Shown here in pieces: positions 1 to 13,536 of a stretch of 64,000 nt of DNA; positions within the stretch are counted from its first letter, which is position 1; every line of letters starts with the position of its first letter. Location of the stretch: NCBI GenBank assembly GCA_964016885.1, contig OZ024753.1, forward strand, positions 18,042,001-18,106,000. The letters run 5' to 3'. Below the pieces are notes generated by a model. It saw only the letters and a program-made list of their open reading frames with translations, was not told the origin of the DNA and made no database searches. The stretch is from Eledone cirrhosa. Lineage: Eukaryota. Made by a program: the position numbers and the translations under genes.

Positions 1-1470
1 CTGTTTGTTAGGGTTATTTAACCCGTAGTCCGGGTGGATGGCTCTTGAATCTGAGGAGTTTATCTGTCCTTGTAAAGTTCTTGTTTTTTTGTGCTGCTGG
101 GGTTCAACTCCTCACCAGACTAGAAACCATTGGAGAAGTCAGTTTAGTAGCCGACCACTAGTCTAAGAAGCAGGTTGTAACAGCAGGCATAGAGGCTGAT
201 CTGACATGACTTGGCCATTGTTACCATTGCAGTATTAATATCATGTTACCTCTTGGTGTTAAAAAGTTCTTTACCTATGTTTTCTTTTGCAGAGTTTGTG
301 ACAACCAATGTGACAGAGAAGATAGTATCAAGTGATAAAGAAGTTATCATGAGTGGGTTGGTCGTGGGTGGAATAGCCTTACTCATGATTATTATCCTCA
401 TTGTCGGACTCTGCCACAACTCATCATCTCTTAATTTTTACCAGAAACTTCCAAGTAAATATATTTTATTCTGTAAACATTTTTTTTTAATATCTGAAAT
501 TATTTTTCTAGTGATAGAAATTAAATTTTGTTTATATAATTTCGTATAGATTTCTGTTTTCCTTTTTCGGATTTGTTTTTGGAGATGTAGAATATTTTGA
601 ATTGAATCTTCAAATAGATGAAGCTGATATGTTTTCAAAGATCAAACATTAGAAGGAGATATAAGGAGGAGATAGAGTGAAGGGAAGAGAGAAAGAAATT
701 GAGAGAGAGGGAGACAAAGAGCGAAAGAGAGAGATGGAATGTAATTGTAAAAAAAATGTGAAAGTAAAATATTTTCAGAACTGTATTTCAACAGGCATTG
801 CATGGGAAGGGGGTTATGAGAAAAGAGTTAATTACGTAGAGGGAATAGTCACAGAGAGAGAGAGAGAGAGAATCTTGTGACTAAATCTGAAGTTATTATT
901 ACAATATAATAAAAAATAAGACAAAAATTTGGTTTATAAAAACATTTCTGTTTTATTATTTTAATAATGTAAATCTTAAAAGAAAACACTACAGATTATC
1001 AGTAAAAATAGTAAAAACCAATCGATTATTCTTTATTTCTGATATTCATCCCTCTCATTTTACACTGATAAGCTCTGAAGTAAGAAGATTGTTTTAGAGT
1101 TTCATTTCAATTATTCATACTTTATTTTGAAGCAAAACTAAAACAATATATTTGAGGATCAATTAAACAAATTTCAGTATATTACTGATATTTATTTTAT
1201 CGAAACCACGGGGATTAAAAACAACTTAGAAACGACGAAATTTGAAATCGGAACGATGCTTTTGTTTGTAAATATCATCAGGGCCCAGGAATTATTTAGG
1301 ACTGAGTTTCATCCAGTCTTATGATACATTTAGTTTCTGTGAATGCTAGACGGGTCACCAGTCTATAACCAATTTAAGCTCCATCTTTTTCTGCTAATCA
1401 GTTTTTCAGCGAATTGGGATGGTGCTACGAGAAACGAAGTACCTTCATATAAAAAACGTTGACAAGTCTA

Positions 1471-1557
1471 TGGATCACACGAGTGGTCTTGGGATCACAC
1501 GATTGGTCTTGGGATCACACGAGTGGTCTTAGGATCACACGAGTGGTCTTGGGATCA
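1471..1557. repeat. 20-bp tandem minisatellite, ~4.3 copies
   Basis: GGATCACACGAGTGGTCTT(G/A) repeated head-to-tail with no spacers. Confidence 0.95.
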
Positions 1558-2907
1558 TCCGTTGAATACTTAACAATACTACAAGCACACAATTACAAGT
1601 CAATGTGTTTGGTTCTCTACGGACTATTTCATTTACCTCTGTATTAAATTAAAGGGCAATTCTCAGATAATTACACTAAACTATGCAGATTAATTCATGG
1701 CTGAGCCAAGCTAAGTGCTGTATAATGGAAATGTATTTCCTGCAATTAATACTGATATATGGCCGTGAGCAACACGTGGCAATGATTTGGTTCATTATCT
1801 TGAAAATAATTACTACATAAATTAGAATAGATGGTACCATGGCAGGAACTATGGAATTCATGGTCGATACTATAGCTATGTACACTGTGTACGTAATAGA
1901 CGTGCCCACATGTCTCAGGACATTACATCTAGCCTCAAGCCGGCCCTGGTTTTATACGGTTTATTTAAACCTGCCTATATTTAATTATCAAATTCCGTCA
2001 TTGTTCCAAACACCATGTTGATAATAATTAACTTTATTAATCATCATTACATACATTATTAAACACTGTAACATCTTGATTATGTCTCAAATGGTTTTAA
2101 AATCAGTCGAAGTGTATTTAATTAGAAATATAATACAGAAATGTCGAAAGGATATATATGATCTTCTAAGTAAATGATGTATTACGTAAATAAAAACCGT
2201 AAGTTCAAATCATAGTGCGGCAATTACTCTTGAAGAGAAGTGTGCTATACAAACTTATTGCACGCAAATATTGTAAGAATTGCACCTCTATGCAAATTCT
2301 CCACTCGCCTGGTTTAGAACAGTAAAAGGTTAAACCAAATTGATCTCACTTATATGGAAATGTATGACAATCGGGTTGGTGCTCAATTCATTTAAGATAA
2401 AATCTTTGAAACATAGAATCACGTATAAATGTCTATATGAACTGCATTTATATTAAAATCATACATTATATATTATAGAGATCTCCTGTATTATAAATTG
2501 TGTGTGAGTGTATGTGTGATAGTTTTTATTTTAACGTTAGGCCTCAGAGATTTAAACACACACACAAATCTACACATACATATATATTATGTGTTGACAT
2601 ACATGTAATGGTGTGCGTGAATGTATGTCTGTGTGTGTGTGTCTTAGTATATGTATGTGAGTGTATCTGAGAGTGTATGTGTGTGAGTGTGCAGCAACAA
2701 TTTATTCATTTGGACACCATAAAAAAAATTACACAATGGATATTGTTACCATAAGGTGCTCAGGATTGACAGATTTTCATTTCTAAATTCTATTATTATT
2801 ACAATTTTGATATTTCATTTTATAAAATATAGATATTTCGAAATAATTATGAGAAAAAAAAACATAGCTTCATATTTATTGTTTACTAATCTGAATAAGA
2901 ATAGCAG

Positions 2908-2939
2908 TAACGGGGGCAACGTCGGGCAATTCAGCTAGT
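2908..2939 (+). mobile_element. Helitron-like 3' terminus (decayed)
   Basis: GC-rich GGGGCAACGTCGGG followed by CTAG-T; resembles the minus-strand Helitron end at 33388-33416. Confidence 0.5.
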
Positions 2940-2982
2940 ATATAATATAAATATATATTATAAGTATGCATTATATATACAG

Positions 2983-3161
2983 GGCGGTGAATTGGCAGTA
3001 TCAGTAGAGGGTTGGACGCCATGGTTTGATACATAGAGTTACGGCCCTTGCCATTCTCAGTTCAAATCCCGCCTAGGTTAACTTTTCCTTTCATCCTTAC
3101 GGGGTCGATAAAATAAAGTACTGGGATAATTGCTGGCCTTGTGCCAAAAGTAGAAACAATT
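2983..3161 (+). mobile_element. tRNA-derived SINE family 1 (octopus-type)
   Basis: A-box-like TGGCAGTATCAGT, B-box-like GTTCAAATCCC, body CCTTTCATCCTTACGGGGTCGATAAAATAAAGTAC, tail GGCCTTGTGCCAAAAGTAGAAACAAT; about 10 copies in the window. Confidence 0.85.
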
Positions 3162-3171
3162 ATATATATAA

Positions 3172-4093
3172 TATTAAAGATACTATTTATAGTTATGTAT
3201 ATTTTAAACTATAAATAGGGAAGGTCAGTAACTTATTACTACCTTATTACCAGTAAGATAAATAGCTCAATGTAAGAACATCAGTTGTTCTACCGAGCAG
3301 TTATATAGAATTCACAAGAATCAAAGCTATGTTCAAAACATTTATTCACTTACAATTGTTTCTTCCAAACCTAGGCTTGGAGTCTTCGGAGCAATTTTTA
3401 ATGTTTGTACATACAATTGACCTGATACTCCACGCAAGAGACATACAGATACATATATATATATATATGGATTTACAGTGGAGTGACATATATTATACTA
3501 TACTATATTTGTATAGTAACTCAAATTGAAAACAAAATTAAAATACATGCGACTGATAACACAGATAATGCAGGAGAATAGTTCAATAATCAGATCCAGT
3601 AGATAGTGTATGCGTTAGTCATTCATGGAGCATGCAAATGTATCTCATTTATATAAGAGTATTGTGTGGCATGGTATTACATGTAATACAAGCACTTTAA
3701 GCGGGTAAGCAAGAGTAATATGGTGGTTGCAGTGGGGGGGGGGGGGGTTGTATAGATCAAATTAGTATGTGTGCAGAAAAAGAAAGTTATAGTTTTCACA
3801 TCCACCACCATTATCACATCCAGAAAAAAGGGGTTATAGTTTTCACATTCATCACATATGTTACTAAGTATTCGTATTGAATGTTTGTTGCAGTAAAGGA
3901 TTGTAACGTATGAAGCTCAGCGTTATTTAATCCATATTTATAGAATAGGTTCTTACAGCTGCGATAATTTACAGCGGTTTATTATCGGGAAGTAGGTATA
4001 TACAAACATTAAAAATTGCTCCACAGACTCCAAGCCTAGGTTTGGAAGAAACTATTGTAAGTGAATAAATGTTTTGGACATAGCTTTGATTCT

Positions 4094-4103
<10 letters not shown>
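3172..4103. mobile_element. Non-autonomous PLE-like family A with inverted end; HHR on minus strand 3358-3389, decayed plus copy 4021-4052
   Basis: 3307-3410 is the reverse complement of 4001-4103; minus strand reads TTGCT CCGAAGA CTCCAAGCCTAGGTTTGGAA GAA ACAATTGT A AGTGA; homologs at 41678 and 46535. Confidence 0.75.
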
Positions 4104-4171
<68 letters not shown>

Positions 4172-4174
4172 ATC

Positions 4175-4205
<31 letters not shown>

Positions 4206-4244
4206 TACACATATATATATATGTTTATATATACACACACACAC

Positions 4245-4321
<77 letters not shown>

Positions 4322-4324
4322 TTA

Positions 4325-4858
4325 GGGTAAATATTGATGCAATTCAATTCAAGCACTCAACGTATTTTCCACATAGGAGTGACGGAGTAAATATCGTATA
4401 AAGAATATATCGTATAAAGAAAGGCCAAGTAGTTTCAGATGTTCAAATCCTTTAATAATAATGCTGTGATATATATTTCAGTGACGACGCTGGCCACACT
4501 GTTCTGTGTGCGAGTGTCGTGTCATCATCAGACAGCTTGTTACATAATAAGGTTATGTTTCCGAGGCAATCCAAATTGGATCGACAAGGGAACGGATGAA
4601 TTGCGTGTTTTGGGATTTTTCATCCGCTCCCTTGTGAGTACCAATTCACCCCCATGGGAGCGGATGAAAAACCCCAAAACACGCAATTCATCCGTTCCCT
4701 TGTCGATCCAACATAACCTTATTATGTAACAAGCTGTCTGATGATGACACAACACTCGCACACAGAACAGTGTGGCCAGTGTCGTCACTGAAATATATAT
4801 CACAGCATTATTATTAAAGGATTTGAACATCTGAAACTGCTTCGCTTTTCTTTATACT
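4325..4858. mobile_element. Foldback element B between (TA)n tracts with two HHRs (minus 4476-4531, plus 4738-4793)
   Basis: Outer arms ~4415-4559/4710-4856, inner arms ~4577-4630/4656-4710; GCTGT CTGATGA TGACAC...GTGTCGTCACT GAA ATATATAT C ACAGC with perfect helix I. Confidence 0.85.
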
Positions 4859-4877
4859 ATATATATATATATATATG

Positions 4878-5377
4878 TACGATATTAAATAAATGGAAAC
4901 TATATTTATAAAACCATATTTATTTCATTATACATATTTCAGGGATACCAAATTAAAATATGGTATGCCTTCATCAGACAAAATACAATATATAAACAGT
5001 TTTATAAATAATTTTGACGTACCCTATTAGATGCAACCATTATTTTTGGAAGCTGTCTGGATAGTCAGACAGCTTCCAAACAGCTTCCAAACAGCTTCCA
5101 GACAGCTTCCAAACAGCTTCCAAAAATAATGGTTGCATCTAATAGGGTACGTCAAAATTATTTATAAAACTGTTTATATATTGTATTTTGTCTGATGAAG
5201 GCATACCATATTTTAATTTGGTATCCCTGAAATATGTATAATGAAATAAATATGGTTTTATAAATATAGTTTCCATTTATTTAATATCGTATATCTACTC
5301 CAAAAACTTGTCGAGTGCTTTATATCAGTTATAAAATATTTACTTGTTGTATCCCAACAATTTTAAATAGAACTTTT
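4878..5377. mobile_element. Foldback element C with two HHRs (minus 4937-4977, plus 5192-5232)
   Basis: Arms ~4878-5058/5113-5291, tail to ~5377; CTGATGA AGGCATACCA...TGGTATCCCT GAAA TATGTATA; five 11-bp ACAGCTTCCAA copies at the fold. Confidence 0.85.
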
Positions 5378-5870
5378 GCATATATATATATATATGTATA
5401 TATATATAAATACATAATGCATATATTTTATATATAACATAAATACACACGTATAAATGCATCATGTGTCTAAATAAATATGTTAACGATATTCTAATTA
5501 AGACTACCAACTCCATCATTTGTATATCTTCGATTTTATCTATTGCTGTTGTCTTTATTTCGATCATTCATCGTAATAGCTGCCTCGTTAATATAAGTGA
5601 CATTTCTAACACACTTATCTAGGGTCTATCATAGAAATTTATGATGTTACATTTATGAAGACTTACAGACACACATAAACATACACACGCGCACGAATAA
5701 ACAAGAGAGACACACACATAGATACAAACACGTAGAGATACACACACGCATACCCACTCACACACACACACACACATACATACACACACACACACACATA
5801 CACACATATATATAATTGTAGTGTATACGAAATCATATACTACATGCATATATTCGATATACAGCCAATG

Positions 5871-5974
<104 letters not shown>

Positions 5975-6188
5975 CATTAAGATTATACAGCTTCCACTTT
6001 ACGTAAAAGGTTTTGCTTAAACTCTAATGGATTCGGGATATAAGATGAATTAATATTCATTTCCTTAATCAGTTGATACTTCATTATGTTAAAGTGAAGT
6101 TAAGTTGATGAATAAATAACAAACTGTTCCTCTTACATTTCCCTCGGCTGTGTGTCTGTCTGAGATTCTACTTTTATATACATTATAT

Positions 6189-6229
<41 letters not shown>

Positions 6230-6233
<4 letters not shown>

Positions 6234-6535
6234 AATGTAATCTGAGTTTTTCGAATATTAATGATAACATTCAATTCGTTTGCAATTTTGCAACGCATTA
6301 ATTTTATAGCCATGTCAGTAGAATGAACCCATCATTCTTGCTCTTGTGTTGGCATGCGAACAGAACTGCAGACACTAATGTTTCTGGGTATCACCCTTCA
6401 TCAGTACAGCTCACTGTACACCTGCCAAACTGTCAGAGTTAGTGAAGATATATGCTATTTTCAAAAATACACAGTGACTGATCAGCCAGATTTGCATATT
6501 AGTAGACTGGCCAGTCAGTTTCCAGTATACGAGCG
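6230..6535 (-). mobile_element. Short (TA)n-embedded family D with canonical HHR (6380-6404)
   Basis: Minus strand GCTGTA CTGATGA AGGGTGATACCCA GAA ACATTAGTGT C TGCAGT; second copy 55320-55640. Confidence 0.8.
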
Positions 6536-6545
6536 ATATATATAT

Positions 6546-6598
<53 letters not shown>

Positions 6599-6979
6599 AA
6601 GGTTAACATATACATAAAGTTATAGATATATATATGTTGCAACTGGTCACTTTTAAGCTCTATGAAGAATTAATAAATTAAAAAATCAGAGCAATATATC
6701 ATAAATCATGTCTTTAGAATCATCAGATAAAATATATACTATTTCTTCTTCTAATTAGCATAATTAACAATATAAAAAATCAATTAGATCAAGCTATAAG
6801 AAGAAAGGCTCTTATGGAGAAATCTCCGACAAATAACCGAACGTAGCCTCTTCGCGGCGGCCCCAATCGAGTATTTATCCAACATTTCGACAGCATGTAG
6901 AAACTGACTAAATATATCATCAACCATACACAATTAGGTGTAAAATTAAACTTAGAAGAAATGAGTACATACCGTAATT

Positions 6980-7058
6980 ATATCTCTACCATGGTTTCAT
7001 TCCCATTTTTGGACATCCAAATAATCGGAATGTCCTGAGTTAGGATTCATCAGGAGAC
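6980..7058 (-). ncRNA. Type I hammerhead ribozyme with extended helix II
   Basis: GTCTC CTGATGA ATCCTAA...TGGGAAT GAA ACCATGGT A GAGAT: helix I GTCTC/GAGAT, palindromic helix III, GUA triplet; lies in a unique segment between TA tracts (6600-7250). Confidence 0.75.
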
Positions 7059-7247
7059 AAACCCCAAATCAGACATCTAGTTTTCAATCCGATCCCGCCA
7101 AAAATAGATTAAAAAATGGCTAAGAATCGCTATGTGGCTGTGGCCAAGCCAGAAAGAATGTGATTGGTTGGTTACGGCGGGTAGGCTTGCTGCTAGAAAG
7201 CGCAGCCAAATATCGGCAAATTTAATCTCAACCTATCGGGAGATTAT

Positions 7248-7327
<80 letters not shown>

Positions 7328-7330
<3 letters not shown>

Positions 7331-7500
7331 GGAAGAGGATGGCTGTGAAGTTGCTAGTAAAGTTAAGCTTAAAAATGGAGTGAGAATAAGAAGGAAGCAA
7401 GAGACAGGGGGGAGTTTTTCTCATTAGTTGTCTACTGGGGGTCTCGGATATTTCAACGCTTTCAAGACAATATATCTACCACCAGAACGTTCAATAACCG
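7328..7500. repeat. Dispersed (TA)n-adjacent repeat family E
   Basis: GATGGCTGTG(A/T)AGTTGCTAGT...CTCGGATATTTC recurs at 32250-32560, where it is partly inverted. Confidence 0.65.
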
Positions 7501-7622
7501 GTTGCAACGTTTTTTGAAATATTCGCTTCTGCGTTCACAGATTGACTGTTTGTTTCAGAAGATCCCGTTAAGGGTGAAAGCAGCGATTCTTTGCTTAAAC
7601 TTTAATCTGTTATTTTAATAAA
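7500..7622 (+). mobile_element. Family F with variant HHR (CAGAAGA core, 7556-7579)
   Basis: GTTT CAGAAGA TCCCGTTAAGGGT GAA AGCA GCGATTCTT TGCT T AAAC; copies at 28043-28370 (foldback), 31362-31530 and 41277-41432. Confidence 0.7.
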
Positions 7623-7649
7623 TATATATATAAATATATATATATATAT

Positions 7650-7745
7650 TTCTCATTCTTTCTTCTGATAAAGTACTTGCGTCCGAAACCTTAAGACTCT
7701 CTTACTGTTATTCCAAGCGTTAATCTAAAATATTCCTTCCATACA
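7650..7745 (+). mobile_element. Family G, decayed HHR-bearing repeat (copy 1)
   Basis: CTT CTGATAA AGTACTTGCGTCC GAAA CCTTAAG; near-identical to 8432-8525. Confidence 0.6.
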
Positions 7746-7834
7746 CTGTACAGATTGTGTTGATTTTTCTGTTTACCTTTTACACACTCACACACACACA
7801 ACACAGACATACACACACACATATATATATATAA

Positions 7835-8005
7835 GAGAATGTATGAACCCGACGGCAGAGCTCAAGCCGTTTCGACGGTTATTTCTGGACTAAAGGAAGA
7901 GTTTTTTTGTCTCGACTAAATCACTCTATCACCCACTCAACTAACTTAATTATTGAGTACTCTGGTGCGTTATGGTCCATCTGCTTCCTTAGCACAACTC
8001 CTTCG

Positions 8006-8008
<3 letters not shown>
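7835..8008. mobile_element. Family H short inverted element carrying the 3' half of an HHR
   Basis: ACCCGACGGCAGAGCTCAAGCCGTTTCGACGG followed by the tail GAGTACTCTGGTGCGTTATGGTCCA in opposite orientation; further copies at 24553, 27558, 36010, 38254, 56110, 56458. Confidence 0.75.
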
Positions 8009-8062
<54 letters not shown>

Positions 8063-8065
<3 letters not shown>

Positions 8066-8349
8066 TCAGGATAAGGAACATGGATTCAGTATTACATCAT
8101 AACATATTTAATGACATATTACATCTGTTTCACTATCGATCAGCTCGAGGCAACACCTATTATAGATCGAACCTGACACAGAATCGGAGACGAATACCTA
8201 TACTAAGCATATCTGATGACCTTTCGATATCAGAATCCTGTTCGATCTATAATAGTTCTTGCCTCGAGCTGATCGATAGTGAAACAGATGTAATATGTCA
8301 TTAAATATGTTATGATGTAATACTGAATCCTTGTTCTTTATCCTGACTC
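8063..8349. mobile_element. Foldback element I with plus-strand HHR (8213-8284)
   Basis: Arms ~8063-8172/8240-8349; GCATAT CTGATGA ...61 nt... GAA ACAGATGT A ATATGT. Confidence 0.75.
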
Positions 8350-8354
8350 CTTCC

Positions 8355-8418
<64 letters not shown>

Positions 8419-8431
8419 GCATATATATATA

Positions 8432-8521
8432 TTTCTCATTATTTCTTCTGATGAAGTACTAGCGTCCGAAACCTTAAGTCTCTCAAACTCTTATTTCAAG
8501 CGTTAATATAATATATTCCTT

Positions 8522-8525
<4 letters not shown>
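8432..8525 (+). mobile_element. Family G copy 2, HHR core 8448-8471
   Basis: CTT CTGATGA AGTACTAGCGTCC GAAA CCTTAAG; helices II and III imperfect. Confidence 0.6.
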
Positions 8526-8563
<38 letters not shown>

Positions 8564-8662
8564 GTATGTATATGCATATGCACACGTATACATATGTATA
8601 TGAATGTATATACATTTGTATGTATAGACATATATATACACATATATAGGTATATATATATG

Positions 8663-8703
<41 letters not shown>

Positions 8704-8735
8704 TTGTATTTAAACATACAGTACATTATCAAATA

Positions 8736-8770
<35 letters not shown>

Positions 8771-9027
8771 AGTACAGCATAGACGAAGCTCTAGTATACG
8801 GCCAAGCTAGCGTGTATGCTTATTTGGTTTGTAGCTTTAGCACTCATATGAGGTAAGACCCCAGAGTATAACATTATGTTCAGACAGCTTAGCAAATTAG
8901 ATATAGCAGTCGGCAGTCCGACCGCATCACCAGAGCAACGAAAATACAGGACCCGGGTAAAGATTTTTTACTGACCCGGAATAGGTAAATGACAAGATAT
9001 GATGCCTATTCACACAATTTCAATAAT

Positions 9028-9214
9028 AATGTTTCTACTTTTGGCACAAGGCCAGCAATTATCCAGTGCATTACTGGTACTTTATTTTTATCGACCCCGT
9101 AAGAATGAAAGGTAAAGTCAACCTCGGCGGGATTTGAAATCAGATCGTAAAGGGACGTAACTATGCTGGAAAGCATGGCGTCCGACCCTCTAACGATACT
9201 GCCAATCCACCGCC
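9028..9214 (-). mobile_element. SINE family 1 copy
   Basis: Reverse complement of the 2983-3161 family. Confidence 0.85.
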
Positions 9215-9447
9215 CAACATTTCAATAATATTAAGACACCATAAATGGTTCTATATTTTTCCTGATAGCAACACTCAACTTCTCTGACAAACATGGTTTC
9301 ACCTGACCAATGCAATCAACAATATTTGTTTGTATTATTGTTTCGTAAATGAATTTGTCTTCGCTTCTGATTATCTGTCCTATATTTTGATTTCATTTTT
9401 GATCTGATGTCATTTTAATGGGAACTGGGAATACCCCCCCCCCCCGC

Positions 9448-9478
9448 TCCCGGATATTACCGGGTACCTCAGCTAGTA
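9448..9478 (+). mobile_element. Helitron-like 3' terminus
   Basis: CCCGG ATATTA CCGGG hairpin followed by TACCTCAG CTAG T. Confidence 0.55.
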
Positions 9479-9492
9479 TATATATATATATA

Positions 9493-9650
9493 TAGCGTGA
9501 ATGTTGATACGATCAAATCCCAATACTTGACTGGTGTTATATTTTATTGACTCTAGGGAGTCGAATGGTTAAGTTGACCTGTAAAACTCTAGTTGAAATA
9601 ACACAAGGTATTTCGTCCGATTCTCTACTGAATCTGCAAGTCAACTACAC
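9493..9650 (-). repeat. Decayed SINE-like segment duplicated at ~11088-11243
   Basis: TATAGCGTGAATGTTGATACGATC...CTGCAAGTCAACTAC present twice with few differences. Confidence 0.7.
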
Positions 9651-9659
9651 TTATATATA

Positions 9660-9702
<43 letters not shown>

Positions 9703-9735
9703 TGGAAAATGTGTGTAATCCTTGGTACAGTTAGG

Positions 9736-9986
9736 TATATTAAGACAGGGGGGAAGAAAAAAATGGCTTCACTTGTGCTTTCAACAAATTTATTTTCTTC
9801 ACAAAATCAAAAATAATTTTTTTCCGGATTAGAAAAAACTTTAAAAAAAAATTTTTTTTTTTTTAATTTTTATAAATTGGAAAATTTATAATCCTGGAAA
9901 AAAATTATTTTTGGATTTTGTGAAGAAAATAAATTTGTTGAAAGCACAAGTGAAGCCATTTTTTTTCTTCCCCCCAGTCTTAATAT
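9736..9986. repeat. Foldback between TA tracts, no HHR core visible
   Basis: Arms ~9736-9830/9889-9986 (ATGGCTTCACTTGTGCTTTCAACAAAT and its reverse complement). Confidence 0.85.
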
Positions 9987-10596
9987 ATATATATATATAT
10001 ACGGATTGGTGCTCGGAAATAGCGTTGTATACATGAATATATGTATCTCCTTTTGTTTTAAACTTTCTCTTTCACCGCTGATGGAAACTTCTAGACAGCG
10101 AAACTTGTTAGCTCGATTTACTACTGAAAGTTGATAGCAGAGTCTTTCCGATTCCACACACACACATATATACACATACAGTGACACACACACAGAGATT
10201 ATATATATTTATATATTGAGACAATACAGCAAATATGTTTCAAAGATTATTTTATATTAGCGATAAATATCAACATCAAGTGTGTAGATGTTCGGAATGG
10301 ATGATATATCAACGATATATAATTTCAAATATTATAGATTGAGGGTTATTTTTGTTTTTAAAGATTATATTTCTGCTTCATAAAAAACATATATTGATAT
10401 ATTACCATCTCTGGTTTCACAACAACAGATGTGTTGTGATGTGAATACTTCAGTTGTTAAAATTATGATTCTGCATGAAGACATCTTGTTTGTTGCACAA
10501 GGACAGGAGTTGGGTGGCTGTCTATAGAGTTAAGGGCTAATAATGCTGACACAGACATGCACGCACACACACGCACACACACGCACGCACACACGC

Positions 10597-10650
<54 letters not shown>

Positions 10651-11539
10651 ACACCATAAAGACGACTATATCGTCAAGAATAACAACTATATATATATAA
10701 CAAAACACGTTTTAGTTGATATTGAACACAGAAATACAATTATACTTTGTAACTCATCACACACAAGTAGAAATAATTGACTCTATTTTATTATAAACAT
10801 ATTGACGAAAACTTCTTAGACGGCAATTATATAAATGCCTTAATGAAAGTTAATTGAGGTGATAGGCAATTCTCACTACTCGGTGTTCTAGAATAAAGAG
10901 AGACATTTATTTCATACCGACAAAAAAACCGCTCAAATTATGGAAAATTATTTTGTTTTACGTACTTTAGTTGCCCTTTGTATATGAAGATTTAGTGTTG
11001 TGATAAAGTGTTGTATTCCACTTCCAATGTTAGGTTTAAATGGTAATAGCACTTTCTTATCGGAGCACGAGGCCTTTCATTCGGGGTATAGCGTGAATGT
11101 TGATACGATCGACCCCAATACTTGAATGGTGTTATATTTTATTGACTCTAGGGAGCTGAATGGTTAAGTTTACCTGTAAAACTCTAGTAGAAATAACACA
11201 AGGTATTTCGTCCGATGCTCTACCGATTCTGCAAGTCAACTACCCTTAGGTACTCTTAATAATAAAATACATATTCACAAAGAAACATCGCCTATTTGTT
11301 TCTATGTAATTCGTAGTTATTATCTCGACCATCTGTCTGTACTTTATCAGATCATTAGGTCATCTACGTCGGATGACCGCCCAGAAAAATTGCGTGAATT
11401 GGTGAGAGGCCATATATATTTAACACTTTGAATAGGGAGGGTAAAGGGTATTCGTCTTTTTGATAACTTAGTATTCACATCATCTCCAGTCTCGTTATAT
11501 ATACAATACAATGTTATAGTTTGCTTGAAGCATTATATA

Positions 11540-13200
11540 TAATATATAACGTTGAAAGAGATAAAAGGCTAAACAATGCAAATGGACTATTAGATGAGTC
11601 AACGAAAAGTAAAAGTTACTTGGTAATCTTTGTTTTGTTTTGTTGTAGTTGTTCTTCTTCTTTTATCTGTCCAATATTTCGGGACCTAAAAGTCCCTTCA
11701 TCAGGGTTTAAGGAACCTTCAGTGGATAATATTCCAATTTGGGATAACATTTTGATTTTGATTTAAATTTTTTCTAAGTCCTTTTCAATCGTTTTTCGAT
11801 GGTTTCTTCGCTATTCACGTGAATGACGTCAATTGCCAATATAGTATTTCATGAAATCAATTTTCTTTTTTTGTATGAGATGTTTAGTTTGTGTGCCTGT
11901 GGGTGTGTCTTTTTATGTCAAGTAATGTGTGCTGAGTTCTAATCTATTATTTATTTCCGGGTTGAGTCTACGTATGAGCAAGGCTTCCCTAATTCTTAAG
12001 TTGACCACATTTCTATCACTGGCTTTAATGGTAACAGTAATTTGTTGGTTGATGTTTCTACATTTGTCGATGTGTTTTTAGAATGAGGATGAGTGTGTGT
12101 TAAGGTGTTCTTTAATATGCGTGTGGAGTGCTGGAATCGTGCTTCCAATGTAGAACTCCTTACATTTGTTGCATTCAATCCGGTATACCATATGTGTCCG
12201 CTGGCACTACCTTTACCGCAGATAGGGCAATTAGTCAGCATGCATTGATTGTCGTTGTCTCTGGATTGCTTTTGAGGCAGCCATTTACTCAGTGAATAGC
12301 GCGAGTGTCTAACTCTATGTCTAGTCCTTCTTTGTGGATGTCTCTGCGGATTGCTGTGGTTATGCGTTCGATGAAATGTGGTAATTTCATGAAGCATGTA
12401 TTAGAAGTCTATGTCCGCGGCGCCTTCGATTCTTAAGTCGTTTCACTGTACATGTTGGGTATCTTTGGTCTTCGGTTCATCTATGAAGTGTGCTGTGTGA
12501 GTGATCTGGTCCTCCGTCTTGCTACATTTATTCCGAACAGGCGTCAGTTCATTTCTTATATGTCCGGTTTTAGTACTAAGGGGAAGCGCTGATCTATAAT
12601 GCACAAACCGGTCTCTGCTGGCAGCTTTCTTATAGAAGTTGGTGTTCAAAGTACCTTCATCTGTTACTCTAAGTTGGAAGACCAACAGCGACAAGGAACC
12701 GGGGAGTTCTGTGGTAAATCGTATGTCGTTATCTGTGTTTGAAAATACCGTAGATATTATGTCGGCCCCTTCACGGGATGATGTGAGGATGAGTATATCA
12801 TCTTTGTATCGGGTGAAGAAAACCCAGGAGTGGTAGGTGTTCAGTGCTCGACGTTCCAGTTGGTTCATATAGGTGATAGGTAGTAAGCCTGAAAAACTGG
12901 ACCCCATGCGAGGCCTGTTGTTTGATGACATATGTCTTGTGGAGTGAGGTCAAATAAGTATATGTTGTATGAAACGATGCAATCCGTCACTAGGTTAACC
13001 GTTGGATGAGCATGTACTGTCGTGTAGAAAGAAACAACGTCGAGGCTAAAAGCATATCTGTTGAGTTTAGGTTGGTTAGGTTGTAGTTGATGTAGTCTTC
13101 GTATGACTTCGCCGGAGCTGCAGACATGTCCAGGAAAAGTAGCAAGCATAGACATGAGGATCTGGGAGAGGAACCAGGAGATTTGATAGAGGGGTCCTTC
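11540..13200 (-). mobile_element. Decayed Penelope-like retroelement (RT + C-terminal GIY-YIG, Cx4CxxC linker; Neptune/Nematis-like)
   Basis: Frameshifted RT motifs FSLDVVSFYT, MGSSFSG, RYKDD, FYKK; linker CMLTNCPIC; my translation MVYRIECNKCKEFYIGST...HIKEH...LRIREALLIRRLNPEINNR ends at a stop at ~11913. Confidence 0.9.
11670..11708 (-). ncRNA. HHR core in the 3' region of the decayed PLE
   Basis: CTGATGA AGGGAC TTTTAG GTCCC GAAA; helices I and III eroded. Confidence 0.75.
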
Positions 13201-13292
13201 TATACTAGAGTCAATTGGTCGAGCTGTACATTAAAAGTGGTTTAATGGGTTTTAATGAGGTGGTAGAACGTTGGTAGTGTGCTGTTTCTGGT

Positions 13293-13335
<43 letters not shown>

Positions 13336-13373
13336 TTGCCTATCTCTGTGATTCTGATTTTGAACGTGAACTG

Positions 13374-13404
<31 letters not shown>

Positions 13405-13405
13405 A

Positions 13406-13536
<131 letters not shown>

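Noticed and set aside
1-640. ORF 211-549 with hydrophobic stretches, or a minus-strand exon
   Set aside because: Starts at TTG, no recognisable motif, and the minus frames I tried close quickly; a small exon cannot be excluded
1471-1557. 20-bp repeat as a possible CRISPR array
   Set aside because: No spacers, no cas genes, eukaryotic context
2983-3075. tRNA genes at the A/B-box motifs
   Set aside because: No cloverleaf; they continue into dispersed SINE bodies
4439-4830. Paired near-identical ORFs on opposite strands (also 8080/8198, 62074/62228, 62586/63022, 15607/19066)
   Set aside because: By-products of the foldbacks; no protein motifs
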